The notes below the pieces were generated by a model. That model saw only the letters and a program-made list of their open reading frames with translations, was not told the origin of the DNA and did not search any database. A stretch of DNA of 64,000 bases from the human T2T-CHM13v2.0 reference genome, Homo sapiens. The stretch lies in NCBI RefSeq assembly GCF_009914755.1, contig NC_060939.1, one strand, 5' to 3'. The translations under genes and the position numbers were made by a program. This document shows, in pieces, positions 1 through 12,292 of this stretch. Within the stretch, counting starts at the first letter, position 1. Each line of letters opens with the position of its first letter.

Positions 1-839
1 GAGGATGCTGGGATCCTGAGGTCCCCAGGAGAGCCCCTTTATTTTTGGCTGGAGACCTGGAGGCCCTGAAGGGTATCTGGGGGGCCCAGCCCTGTCCCTA
101 TACTCCTCTGTGAGGCAGCCCAGGCTCTCTGTGTGGGCTTGGTGTTGGCACTCTGGTTTTCTGGGGGCGGTTCAGGTTGCTGGTTCCTTCTGAACCATTG
201 TTCTCCCCTTGATTCTTTCAGTGAGCTCTTCTGCTCAGGCGGGTCCCCTGGCATTGACCAGCATAGGTAAGTGGATCCTGCTGGGTTCATGGGCCATGAG
301 CCAGACCACATGGAGTGACTGAGGGTCAGCCTTCAGGACAGGAAGATTTCCTCGGGGAGCCAACCTGAATCCCCACCGTGGAGGGATGTGTTAGTCCTCC
401 AGGAGGGTGGCTTCCTAGGGAATCTGACCCCAGGAGGACACCTTTGCTGAAGCCCTGCAGGGGTGATGGTGGTCCAGGCTGGAAAGTTTTCCTTCAGTCT
501 CATGTGGGGCAGCTCCCTGCTGACATTCCGTGCCTGCGTCTGACCTTGAGGACTGCCCGGGCCACATGAGTGGGGCAACAAGGGCTCCAGGGTGCCACGG
601 GGATTATGAGTGGGGCTCTCCATCCCCGGAGAGAGGTGGGCAATCAGGCCCATGTGGTCAGGCTTGTAGGGTTCGGTGGTGGGGAGAGCCAAGGTTTCCC
701 TGGGTCCATTACCGTCACTGTTTCACCTGGATCCCATCACATGGGTCCATGGAGGGAGAGCATGTGTGAACAGGCACCCCTTGCTCCCTTTCCCACATGA
801 GCCCCTGGTTGGACATATGTCCTCCTCCTGTCCCCCCAG

Positions 840-970
840 ATGGTGGCCCTGGAGGAGGACTTGTATTGGGGCCACTGGCCCCACGTCAGTGTTCGTCAGC
901 CTGGCATCCAGCCCCTGGTGTGCTGAAGCTCAGGCCCTTCCTGTTGCCCTAGTCTCCTGCACTGAGCTTG
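840..970 (+). other. Representative ~131-nt host exon upstream of each snoRNA (here called exon A)
   Basis: Polypyrimidine tract cctcctcctgtccccccag|ATGG... ends gagcttg|GTGAGT. Same acceptor/donor pattern in most units; usage is inferred. Confidence 0.7.
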
Positions 971-1026
971 GTGAGTCCATTCGGGGACTGCTGGATGCAT
1001 GGGCGGGTAGGGAGGTGCCCTGGGTT

Positions 1027-1108
1027 GGGTCGATGATGAGAACCTTATATTGTCCTGAAGAGAGGTGATGACTTAAAAATCATTCTCAAAAGGATTATGC
1101 TGAGGCCC
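1027..1108 (+). ncRNA. SNORD115-19: SNORD115 copy (inferred -19), variant ASE
   Basis: Box C ATGATGA, D' CTGA, C' GTGATGA, D CTGA, GGGTC/GGCCC stem. ASE ATTCTCAAAAGGATTATG has 3 changes vs ATGCTCAATAGGATTACG. Confidence 0.93.
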
Positions 1109-1353
1109 GGCCTAGGTTAGAATTTTGGAAGAGGATTCTCGGATCCTGAGATCCCCAGCCAGGCCACTGAATTTTTGGCTGGAGTCCTTGAGGCCCTGAA
1201 GGGTGTCTGAGGGCTGCTGAAACCTGTCTCTGTGCTTGTCCGTGAGGCAACCCACATTCGCTGTGTGGACTTGGTGTTGGCCTTCCCGTTCTCCGGGGAT
1301 GGGACATACTGTCAGCTTGTCCCTGAGTACCCGTTCTCCCCTGTGTCTTTCAG

Positions 1354-1398
1354 TGAGCTCTTCTGCCCAGGTGGTCCCCCTGGTCTTGATGGGCATAG
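1354..1398 (+). other. Representative 45-nt host exon downstream of each snoRNA (exon B)
   Basis: ctgtgtctttcag|TGAGCTCTTC...GGCATAG|gtgagt; also at 222-266 and in most units. Confidence 0.75.
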
Positions 1399-2931
1399 GT
1401 GAGTACATCCTGCTGGTGTCCTGGTCCATGAGCCAGGGTGCGTACGGTTGCCGGAGGTCACCTTTAGGCCATGTGGGTTTCCTCAGGGAGCTGACCTGAA
1501 TCCCCACTGGGAGGGATGGTTTCTCCAGGAGGATGTCTTCCATAGAAACTGGTTCCAAGAAGGATGCCTTCCCTGAAGCTGTGCAGGGGTGACGATGGTC
1601 CAGGCAGGAAAGGGTCCATTCAACCCAATGCAGTACAGCTTCTAGCTGAGACTCGGTGCACGGGTGAGGGCTTGAGGACTCCCAGGCAACATGAGGGGTT
1701 CCACAGGATCTCCGGAGGCCACAGGTGTTAAGCAGGAACTCTCCATCCTTGAGGCTTGCTGGGGGTGGCGGGATGGCAGCAGGGTGTGGGTGATCGAGTT
1801 TATGGATTCAGGCCAAGATTCAAGGGTCAGGCCCCACCCATTGCCCTGATGGGACCAACCCTGTTGTGCAATGGGCTGTCCCACTGGTGCCTCCTTGAGC
1901 CTGGTGTGGGCAGCGTGGCTTCAATGGGGTTGGGTCAAGGCTGAGCTCTGGCCCGCACCTGGTGGTTGGCCCTGGGAATTGTGGACTTTGGGCCAAGGGT
2001 GCAGCCCGCCTGCCTCTGGAGGTCATCCTACCCAGAGGTGGAGTGGCCGGAAGGGTGGCAGGCATCCTGTGGTGAAAGGCCCACTGTTGAGGGTCCTGTC
2101 CCACCAATTTGCTGTTCAGGCTGCTTCTAAGCCATGGGTTCACCTCCAGAGAGGCGGGATCTTGAGCCCAGGGAAAGGAGAGGGCATCATGTGTCCCCTG
2201 ATTGGCTGAGAATGGGGAGAGTGTTTGGGTGGTATGTGGTGCATGAATGGGGACCCACCAGAGAAGGCGCGTGGCCCTGGGCCCCAGGATGCAATTTCCG
2301 GCGTGCTTATAGAGGGCGTCTGAGTGGACACTCTCCATGCCCAGGCGCAGGCTATGTGACTGCCAGGTCTGCAGCAGTTTGTGGCATCTGGGCTAGCCTC
2401 CTTGATTGCTTATGAGCTGGTTGATAGCCCTGGCCTGTGCCGAGGGGTCCTGGTGCGGCCCTGGGGTTGTTCAGGGGAAGCCGGCATGGGCAGTGGAGGT
2501 GCTCTTGGGGCCTGCAGTAGGGCACAGCCCAGGTGTTCTTGCTTGAGCGCAGTGAACCACCTGCCCTTTCCTTCCAGGGTTCGGTAGCAGGGAGGGCCAA
2601 GGGTCCCCCACGTCCATGACAGGTCAGCGTTCCTCCTGGATCCCATCACATGGGTACATGCAGGGAGAGCATGTGTGAGCCGGCACTCCCCACTCTCTTC
2701 CCCGCATTGCAGGGTGAGGCCCTGTTTGGACCCATCTTCCAGCTATCTCACCAGATGGTGAGCCCAGAGGAAGACCCCGTGGCTCTGGGCCAGTGTGCGT
2801 CAGCCAGGTCCCCAGCCCCCAGTGTGCTGAAGCTCAGGCCCTTCCCAACGCCCTGGTCTCCTGCACTGAGGTGTGGTGAGCACAACCAGGTCCCACTGGA
2901 TGCATGCACAGGGAGGGATGTGCCCTAGGTT

Positions 2932-3013
2932 GGGTCGATGATGAGAACCTTATATTGTCCTGAAGAGAGGTGATGACTTAAAAATCATGCTCAATAGGAT
3001 TATGCTGAGGCCC
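2932..3013 (+). ncRNA. SNORD115-20: SNORD115 copy (inferred -20)
   Basis: All boxes intact; ASE ends TTATG (C>T). Confidence 0.93.
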
Positions 3014-4752
3014 AGTCTAGGTTAAAATTCTGGAAGAGGATGCTGGGATCCCAAGTTCACAGGCAGGGCCACTGTATTTTGGACTAGAGAACTCGAGGCC
3101 CTAAAGGGCATCTTGAGGGGGTCCAACCTGTCTCTGTGCTCCTCCATGAGGCAGCCCTGGCTCCCTGTGTGGCCTTGGTGTTGGTGCTCTGGTTCCCAGG
3201 CGTGGCATGTGGGCACCTCCTTCCAGAGCCCCCATTCTCCCCTGTCTCTTTCAGTGAGCTCTTCCGCCCATTTGGGCCCTCTGACATTGACCGGCATAGG
3301 TGAGTGGATCCTCTTTGGGTCATGGGTCATGAGCGAGGCAAAGTGGGGTCACCATGCATCTGCCTTCGGGCCATGAGAGTTTCCTAAAAGTGTGGACCTG
3401 AATTCCCACCGGGGATGAGTTATCCAGAAGGGCCACTTCCTTGGGAATCGGACCCAAGAAGGACGCCTGTCCTGAAGCCCAGCAGGGGTGGTGGTGGTCC
3501 AGGCAGGAAAGGGTTCATTCAGCACCAAGCAGGCAGCTCCCATCTGAGACTTGGTGCATCGGTCAGGCCTTGAGGACTGCCCAGGACACATGAGGTGGCC
3601 ACAGGGGCTCCGGGGCACTACAGGGGGTCTGCAGAGAGGGGTAGGCGATTGGGTCCGTGGGGGTCATGCCGCGGAGTTTCAAGGACACCCATGGCCCTGA
3701 ATGGGACTGACCCTGTTGAGTAATGGGCCATCCCAATGGCACCTCCTTGAGTCTGGCGGTGGGTGGTGCTGTTTCCCTGGGGCTAGGTCAAGGCTGAGCT
3801 CTGGCTAGTGCCTGTGGTGCTGCAGGCTGGCCCTAGAACTCATGGGCTTTGGGCCATGGGGACAGCTTGTGTCATGCTTGGGGTCACCCCTTCCCGGAGG
3901 TTGAATGGCGGGAGTGGTGGCTTCCTAAGGTGGGAAGTCCTGCTATTGAGCAACCTGTCCTGGGAATTTGCCACCCAGGCTGCTTCTGAGACATGAGGTC
4001 ACCTCCAGAGTGGCAGCATCTTGGGTCCAAGGAAAGAGGAGCATAACATGTGTCCCCAGATTGGTTGAGTGTGGCCTAGCTCTGTGTTTGGGAGGTGTGC
4101 AGGGTGTGGATGGGGATGTATCAAAGAAAGTACATAGCCCTGGAGCCCCAGGCTGTGATTTCCAGTGTGTGCTTGGAGAGGGGCAGGAGCAGGCTCTCGA
4201 CTGCCAGGTCTGCAGCAGCGCGTGGCATCCGGGCAAGCCTTCTGGTTGGCCATGTGCTGGTTGGTGGCCCTGGCCTGTGCCCAGTGGTCTCAGGGTAGAC
4301 CTGGCATTGTGCAGGGCAGCCAGCAGGGCAGTGGAGGTGCTCTCAGGACCTGCAGTAGGGCGCAGCCTGGACTTTTTGTGTGAGACCAGTGACCCACCTG
4401 CACTGTCCTTCCAGGGTTGGGTGGCTGGGAGGGCCAAGGGTGGTCCATGTTTGTCTCCGTGACACATCAGTGCTCTGCATGGATCCTATCACATGGATAT
4501 CCCCTACCCACCTTCCCCACATGGAAGCATGAGGCCTTACTTGGACATGTGTCCTCCTGTCCTAGATGGTGAGCTCGGAGGAAGACTTGCATTGGGCCCA
4601 ATGGAGCTGGGCCAGTTTCTGTCAGCCAGGTCCCCAGCTCCTGATGCACTGAAGCTCAGGCCCTTCCTGGAGCCCTGGTCTCCTGCCCTGAGCTGTGGTG
4701 AGCCCATCTGGGTCCCACTGGATGCATGCATGGGAGGGGGTTGCCCTCGGTT

Positions 4753-4833
4753 GGGTCGATGATGAGAACCTTATATTTTCTGAAGAGAGGTGATGACTTA
4801 AAAATCATGCTCAATAGGATTACGCTGAGGCCC
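4753..4833 (+). ncRNA. SNORD115-21: SNORD115 copy (inferred -21), 81 nt
   Basis: Boxes and ASE canonical; 1 nt shorter upstream of D' (tattttctga). Confidence 0.93.
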
Positions 4834-6587
4834 AACCTAGGGGAGAATTTTGGAAGAGGACGCTGGGATCCTGAGGTCCGTGGCAGGGCCACCGTATTTT
4901 GGGCTGGAGACCTCAAGGCCCTGAAGGGCATCTTGGCAGCCCCCAGCCCTGTCTCTGCACTCCTCCGTGAGGCAGCCCAGGCTCCCTGTGTGGGCTTGGT
5001 GTCAGAGTCCCATTCCCCAGGGGCGGGGCAGGTTGGCGGCTCCTCCCTGAGTCCCCTTTCTCCCTTGTGTCTTTGAGTGACTTCTTCTGCCCAGGTGGGC
5101 CCCCTGGCGTTGACCAGCATAGGTGAGTGGAACCTGCTGGTGTCATGGGCCATGAGCCAGGCCATGTGGGGACTCCAGGTCAGCCTTCAGGACAGGAGAG
5201 TTTCCTCAGGGAGCAGGGGAATCCCCACTGGGGAGGGATGGGTTCTCCCAGAGGGCCACTTTCTTTTGAATCGGACCCATGGAGGACATCTTCTCTGAAG
5301 ACCTGCAGAAGTGATGATGTTTCAAGCAGCAAAGGGTTTTTTCAGCCCCTGCAGGGCAGGCAGCTCCCAGATGAGATTCTGTGCATGGGTCAGGCCTCAA
5401 GAACTGCCCAGGCCACATGCGGGGTGCCACACAGGCTGTGAGGCACCACAGGGGTCATGCAGGAGCTCTCGGTCTTCAGGCTTGTTGTGGGGGTGGTGAC
5501 AGAGTGATCAGGCCCACAGGGTCAGGCTGCAGTGTTTCAAGGATCGCGCCCACCTGTGGCCCTGAATGGGACCGATGCTGTTGAGCAATGAGCCATCCCA
5601 GTGGCTCCACATTGAGCCTGGTGGGGGCGCCACTGTTTCAGTGGGGATGGGTGAAGCTTGAGCTCTGGCCAGCACCTGATGGTGTTGCAGGCTGGCCCAG
5701 GGACTTGTGGGCTTTGGGCCAGGTCGGCAGCCTGAGTTCTGCTGGGGGTCACATCTTTCCTGAGTTTCAGTGTCAGGATGCATGGCCTCCTTAGGTGGGA
5801 AGGCCTGCTGTGGAGGGTCCTGTCCTGGGAATTTGCTGCCCAGGCTGCTTCTGAGCCATGGCGTCACCTCCAGGTGGTGGGGTCTTGGGCCCAAGGAGCA
5901 GAGAAGACACCATGTGGCCCCTGATTGGTCGAGTATGGCCTGGCTCTGAGTTTGGGAGGTGTGCAGGGCATGGATGGGGACCCACCAGAGAAAGCACGGG
6001 CCAATGAAGCCCCAGGCTGCGATTTCTGATGCGCACTTGGAGAGGGCGCCTGGTTGGGCGCCCACCATGCCCAAGGGTAGGCTATGCAACTACCAGGTCT
6101 GCGGCAGTGCCTGGCATCAGGACCAGCCTCCTTTGTTGGCTGTGAGCTGGTTGGTGGCCCTAGCCCGTGTCCAGTGATCTCTGTGCAGCCCTGGGGTCAT
6201 GTGGAGCAGCCAGTGTAGGCAGGGGAGGTTATCTTGAGGTGTGCAGTAGGCACATCCCAGGCATCTTGCCCGAGCCCAGTGACCTCCCTGCCCTGTCCTT
6301 CCAGGGTTCGGTGGCGGGGAGGCCCAAGGGTACCCTGTGTCCATGACAGGTCAGTATTTCATGTGAATCCCATCACATGGGCCCTCCTCCTGTCCCCCCA
6401 GATGGTGAGCCTGGAGGAAGACTTGCACTGGGCCTTCTGTGCGCCGGCCAGAGGCCATCAACCAGGTGCCCAGGTCCTTTTGTACTGAAGCTTGGGCCCT
6501 TCCTGGCACCCTGGTCTCCTTCATGGAGCTGGTGAGCCCATCCGGGTTCTTCTGGATGTATGCATGGGGAGCGGGGTGCACTGGGTT

Positions 6588-6669
6588 GGGTCAATGATGA
6601 GAACCTTATATTGTCCTGAAGAGAGGTGATGACTTAAAAATCATGCTCAATAGGATTACGCTGAGTCCC
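6588..6669 (+). ncRNA. SNORD115-22: SNORD115 copy (inferred -22)
   Basis: Canonical boxes and ASE; 3' stem GTCCC. Confidence 0.93.
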
Positions 6670-8465
6670 AGCCTAGGTGACAATTTTGGAAGTGGACACT
6701 GAGAATCACAAGGACCCTGGCAGGGCCACTGTATTTTGGGCTGGAGACCTGGAGGCCCTCAAGGGCCTCTCACAGGGACCCAACCCTGTCTCTGCACTCC
6801 TCCGTGAAGCACAGCAGGCTCCCTGTGCGGACTTGGTGTTGGCACTGTTTCCCAGGGGCAGGGCACATTGGTGGCTTTTCCCTGAGTCCCCATTCTTGCC
6901 TTGTGTCTTTCAGTGAGCTCTTCAGCTCAGAAGGGCCCCTTCACCTTGATTAGCCTAGGTGAGTGCATCCTGCTGGTGTCATGGGCCATGAGTCAGGCCG
7001 CGTGGGGTCACCAAGGGTCAGTCTTTAGGACAGGAGGGTTTCCTCAGGGAGCCAACCTGTATTTCCACCGGGGAGGGATGGTTTCTACAGGAGGGCGGCT
7101 TCCTTGGGAACTGGACCCAAGATGTTGCCTTCCTGAAGCCCTGCAGGGATGACAGTGGTCCAGGCAGCAAAGACTTCCTTCAGCCCCGTGCAGGAGAGCT
7201 CCCAGCTGAGACTCAGTGCATGTGTCAGGCCTCGAGGATTGCCGAGGCCACATGATGGGGGCCACAGGGCCTCCGGGGCACCACGGGGGTCATGCAAGAG
7301 TTCTCTTTCCCTGGAGAGGGGTGCTTGAATGAGCCTATGGGATTGGGCCGTGGAGATTCAAGGATTGTACCCAACTATGTCCCAAAATGGGACTGACCCT
7401 GTTGAGCTATGGACCATCCCATGGTGCCTCTTTGAGCTTGGTGGGGGGCAGTGCTGTTTCCCTGGGTTTGGGTCAAGGCTGAGCTCTGGCCAGTGCCTGG
7501 TGAGGCTGTGGGCCGGACCTGGGACTCGTGAGCTTTAGGCCAAGTCGACAGCTTGTGTCCTGCTGGAGGTCACCCCTTCCCCATGGGTGAGTGGCTGGAA
7601 GAGTGGAATGTGCGGTGGGAAGGCCCGCTGTTGATGGTCCTATCCTGAGAATTTGCTGCCCAGACTCTCTGTGCCATGGGGTCATGTCCAGGGTGGCAGG
7701 GTCTTGGGCCTAGGGAAAGGAAAGGACACCATGTGGCCCAGGATTGGCCAAGGGTGGCCCGGATCTGTGTTTGGGACATGTGTGGGGCATGGATGGGGAC
7801 CCACCAGAGAAAGCACATGGCCCTGGTACTCCAGGCTGTGATTTCAGGTGTGGCTTGGAGAGAGTGCCTGGGCAGGTGCCCACCATGCCCAGCGGCAGGC
7901 TATGCAACTTCCATGTCCACGGTGGCACATGGCTTCTGGGCCAGGCTCCTCGGTTGGCCATGAGCATGTCGGTGACCCTGTCCCATGCTCAGTGGTCCTG
8001 GGGCAGCCCTGGGATCGTGTGAAGGAGAAGTCAGAGGGGGCACTGGATGTGCCCTCAAGGTCTGCAATAGCATGAAGACCAGGGGTCTTGCCCAAGCCCA
8101 GTGATCCACCTGCCCTGTTTTTTCAGGGTTTGGTGATGGGGAGGGCCGAGAGTGCCCTGTATCCGTGACAGGTCAGTGTTCCACATGGATCCCATCACAT
8201 GGGTATCCCTTACCCCATTCCCCACCTGGAGGTATGAGGCCCTGTTTGGACACATGTCCTCCTCCTGTCCATCCAGATGGTGAGCCTGAAGGAAGACTTG
8301 CATCAGGACCAATGGACCCTGGCAAGTGTCCGTCAGCCAGGTGCTCAGCCCCTGGTGCACTGAAGCTCAGGCCCTTCCTGGCCCCTTGATCTCCTGCACT
8401 GAGCTGTGGTGAGCACATCCGGGTCCCGCTGGATGTATGTGTGGGCAGGGGGGGTGCCCTGGGTT

Positions 8466-8547
8466 GGGTCAATGATGAGAACCCTATATTGTGTTGAAGA
8501 GAGGTGATGACTTAAAATTACCATGCTCAATGATTACGCTGAGGCCC
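8466..8547 (+). ncRNA. SNORD115-23: SNORD115 copy (inferred -23), divergent
   Basis: D' CTGA>TTGA; ASE has a 2-nt deletion (ATGCTCAAT--GATTACG) offset by a 2-nt gain upstream. Confidence 0.9.
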
Positions 8548-10317
8548 AACCTAGGTGAGAAATTTGGAGGAGGATGCTGGGATCCCGAGATTTCCGGCAG
8601 GGCCACTGTATTTTGGGCTGGAGCCCTGGAGGCCCTGAAAGGTATCTGGAGGAGGCCCAACTCTGTCTCTGCACTCCTCTGTGAGGCAGCCCAGGCTCCC
8701 TGTGCGGGCTTGGTGTTGGCCTTTCTGTTCCCCAGTGAAGTGGCACGTGGGTGGCTCCTCCCTGAGCCCCAGTTCTCCCCTTGTGTCTTTCAGTGAGCTC
8801 TTCTGCCAAGGGGGGGCCTCCTGGCATTGACCAACATAGGTGAGTGGATCCTGCTGGCATCATGGGCATGGGTTCACTGAGGGTCAGACTTCAGGCCATG
8901 AGGGTTTCCTCAGGGAGCTGACCCCAATTCCCATCAGGGAGGGATGGTTTCTCCAGGAGGGCGGCTTCCTTGGGAATCTTACCTGAGGAGGATGCCTTCC
9001 CTGAAGATCTGCAGGAATGACAATGGTCCAGATAGCAAAGGGTTCCTTCAGCCCCATGCAGGACATCGCCCAGTTGAGACTTGGTGTGCAGGTCAGGCCT
9101 TGAGGACTGCCCAGGCCACATGAGGCGGGCCAGAAGGGCTCCAGGGTGCCACGGGTTTCACTTGGGAGCTCTCGGTCCCCGGGCATGTTCCTGGGGGGGG
9201 TGGTGATGGGGTCGGGCCATGGAGGTTCAAGGATCTCATCCCACCTGTGACCCTGAATGGGGCTGATCCTGTTGAACAATGGGCCATCCCAGTGGCACGT
9301 ATTGAGCCTGGTCAGGGGTGGTGCAGTTTCAATGGGGTTGGGTCAAGGTTGAGATCTGGCCAGCTCCTGGTGGTGCTTCAGGCCAGTCCTGTGACCCATG
9401 GGCTTTGGGCTAAGGGGGCATCCCATGTCCCATGGGGGTCACCTGTTCTCCATGTTTGAGTGGCAGTAACAGTGGCATTCTGAGGTGGGAAGGTCCACTG
9501 TCTAGGGTGTTGTACCGGGAATTTGCCACCCCGCCTTCTTAGCCAAGGGGTCACCTCCAGGGTCTCGGGATCTTGGGCCCAAGGAAACGAGAAGATACCA
9601 TGTGGCCCTTGATTGGCCGAGTGTGGCCCAGCTCTGTGTTTGAGAGGTGTGGGATATGAATGGGGTCCCACCAGTGAAAGCTCATGGCCCAGGTCCCCAG
9701 GCTGTGATTTTTAGTGCACACTTGGGGAGGGCTCCTCAGTGGGTGCCCACCACGCCCAGAGGCAGGCTATGTGACTGCCAGGTCTGCAACGGTGCATAGC
9801 TTCCAGGCTACCCTCCTTGGTTGGCTGGGAGCGGGTTGGTGGCCATGGCCCATGCCCAGTGGTCACAGGGCAACCCTGGGATCATGCAGGGGAGCTGGTG
9901 AGGGCAGTGGAGGTGCTCTCCGGAACGGAAGTATGGCTCAGCCCAGGTATCTGGCCCAAACCCAATGACCAGCCTGCCTTGTTTCTCAGGGTTTGGTGAT
10001 GGGGAGGGCCAAGGGTGCCCTGCATCTGTGATGGGTCTGTTCCACATAGAACCCATTACAGGGGATCCCTTCTCCACATGGAGATGTGAGGCCCTATTTG
10101 GACACATATCCTCCTCCTGTCCCCCCAGATGGTGAGCCTGGAGGAAGATTTGCATTGGGCCCAATGGCCCTGGGCCAGTGTCTGTCAGCCAGTTTCCCAG
10201 CCCCTGGTGCACTGAAGCTCAGGCCTTTCCTGGCATCCTGGCCTCCTGCACTGAGCTGTGGTGAGTATATCATGGTCCTGCTGGATGCATGTGCAGGGAG
10301 GGAAGGTGCCTTGGGTT

Positions 10318-10399
10318 CAGTCAGTGTCGAGAACCTTATATTGTTCTGAAGAGAGGTGGTGACTTAAAAATCATGCTCAATAGGATTACGCTGAGGCCC
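10318..10399 (+). ncRNA. SNORD115-24: SNORD115 copy (inferred -24), box C/C' degenerate
   Basis: 5' stem CAGTC, box C GTGTCGA, C' GTGGTGA; ASE and box D intact. Confidence 0.85.
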
Positions 10400-12210
10400 A
10401 GCCTAGTTGAGAATTTTGGAAGGGGACAGTAGGATCCCGAAGTCCCTGGCAGGGCCCTTATATTTTAGGCTGGAGACTTCAAGGCCCTGAAGGGCACCTG
10501 GAGGTGGCTCAACCTGTCTCTGTGCTCCTCCATGAGGCAGTCCAGGCTCCCTCTGTGGGCTTTCTGTTGGCACTCTGGTTCCCTGGGCCAGGGAACGTTG
10601 GTGGCTCCTCCCTGAGCCCCTGTTCTCCCCTTGTGTCTTTCAGTGAGTGCTTCTGCCCAGGCAGGCCACTTGGCATTGACCGGTATAGGTGAGTGGATCC
10701 TGCTGGGGTCATGGGTCATGAGCAAGGCCACATGGGTCGCCGAGGGTCAGCCTTACAGCCATAAGGGTTTTCTCAGGGAGCCCACCTGAATTCCCACCGG
10801 GGAGGCATAGGTTCTCCAGGAGGGCGGCGTTTTGGGGAATCAGACCCAAGGGGGACACCTTCCCTGAAGCCCTGCAAGGGTGATGGTGGTCCAGGCAGGA
10901 AAGGGTTTTTTTCAGCCCCACACAAGGCAGCTCCTAGCTGAGAATCGGTGCTTGGGTCAGACCTCAAGGATTGCCCAGGCCACATGAGGGCGACTGAGAG
11001 CCTCCGGGGCACCACAGGGGTCACGTGGGAGCTCTCGGTGCCTGGCGTGTGATGCACAAATGGACCTCTTGGGTTTGTTCATGGAGATTCAAGGATCGCA
11101 CCCCACCATGCCCCTGAATGGGATGGTCCCTCTTGAGAAATGGGCCATCCCAGTGGGTCTCCTGGAGCCTGGTTGGGGGGTGGCATTGTTTCCCTGGGGT
11201 TGGGTGAAGGCAGAGTTCTGGCCGGCACCTGGTGGTGCTGCAGGTCAGCACTGGGACCCGTGGGCGTTGGGCCAAAGGAGAGCCCGAATCCCACTGGGGG
11301 TCACCCTTTTTCCAACATCAAATGTCTGGAAGGGTGGCCTCCTGAGGTGGGAAGTCCTGCTGTTGAGGGACATGTCCTGGGAATTTGTCACTCAAGCTTC
11401 TTCTGAGCTTTGGTGTCACATCCAGGGTGGCAGGGTCTTGGGTCCAAGCAAAGCAGAGGGCACCATGTGTCTCCTGATTGGCCAAGTGTTGCTGGCTCTG
11501 TGTGGGAGGTGTGCAGAGTATGGATGGGGACCCACGAGAGAAAGCACGTAGCACTGCAACTCCAGGCTATGATTTCTGTTGCATGCTTGGAGAGGGTGCC
11601 TGGACAAGCGTGCCATGCCCAGGGGCAGGCTGGGCAACTACCAGGTCTTCAGCGGAGTGTGACATCTGGGCCAGCCTCCTTGGTTGGCCGTGACCTGGTT
11701 GGTGGCCCGGCTCTGTGCCTACTGGCCCCAGGGCAGCCCTGGGATCATGCAGGGGAGCCATTTTGAACAGTGGAGGTGCTCTTGGGGCCTGTAGTATGGC
11801 ACAGCCTAGGTGTTTTGCTCAAGCCCAGTGACCCACCTGCCCTGTCCTCTCCGGGATCGGTGGAAGGGAGGGCCAAAGGTGCTCCGTGTACTTGATGAGT
11901 CAGTATTTCACATTGAACTCATCACATGTGTCCATGGAGGGTGAGCAAGGGTGAGATGGCACTGCTGACCCCCTTCCCCACGTAGAGGTCAGTTTGGACA
12001 CTTGTCTTCCTCCTGTCTCCCCACATGGCGACCCCAGAGGAAAACTTGTGTTGGGCCCGCTGTCACTGGGCCAATGTCAGTCAGCCAGGTGCCCAGCCCC
12101 TGGTGCGCTGAAGCTTGGGCCCTTCTGGCACCCTTGGCTCCTGCACTGAGCTGTGGTGAGCCCATCTGGGTCCTGCTGGATGCATGTGCAGGGAGGGGGA
12201 TACCTGGGTT

Positions 12211-12292
12211 AGGTCGATTATGAGAACCTTATATTGTCCTGAAGAGAGGTGATGACTTAAAAATCATGCCCAATAGGATTACGCTGAGGCCC
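12211..12292 (+). ncRNA. SNORD115-25: SNORD115 copy (inferred -25), box C variant
   Basis: Box C ATTATGA; ASE ATGCCCAATAGGATTACG. Confidence 0.88.

Noticed and set aside
3500-3520. aggaaagggttc motif as a target of the D'-upstream guide (GAACCTTATATTG)
   Set aside because: Only about 7 nt can pair, which is expected by chance.
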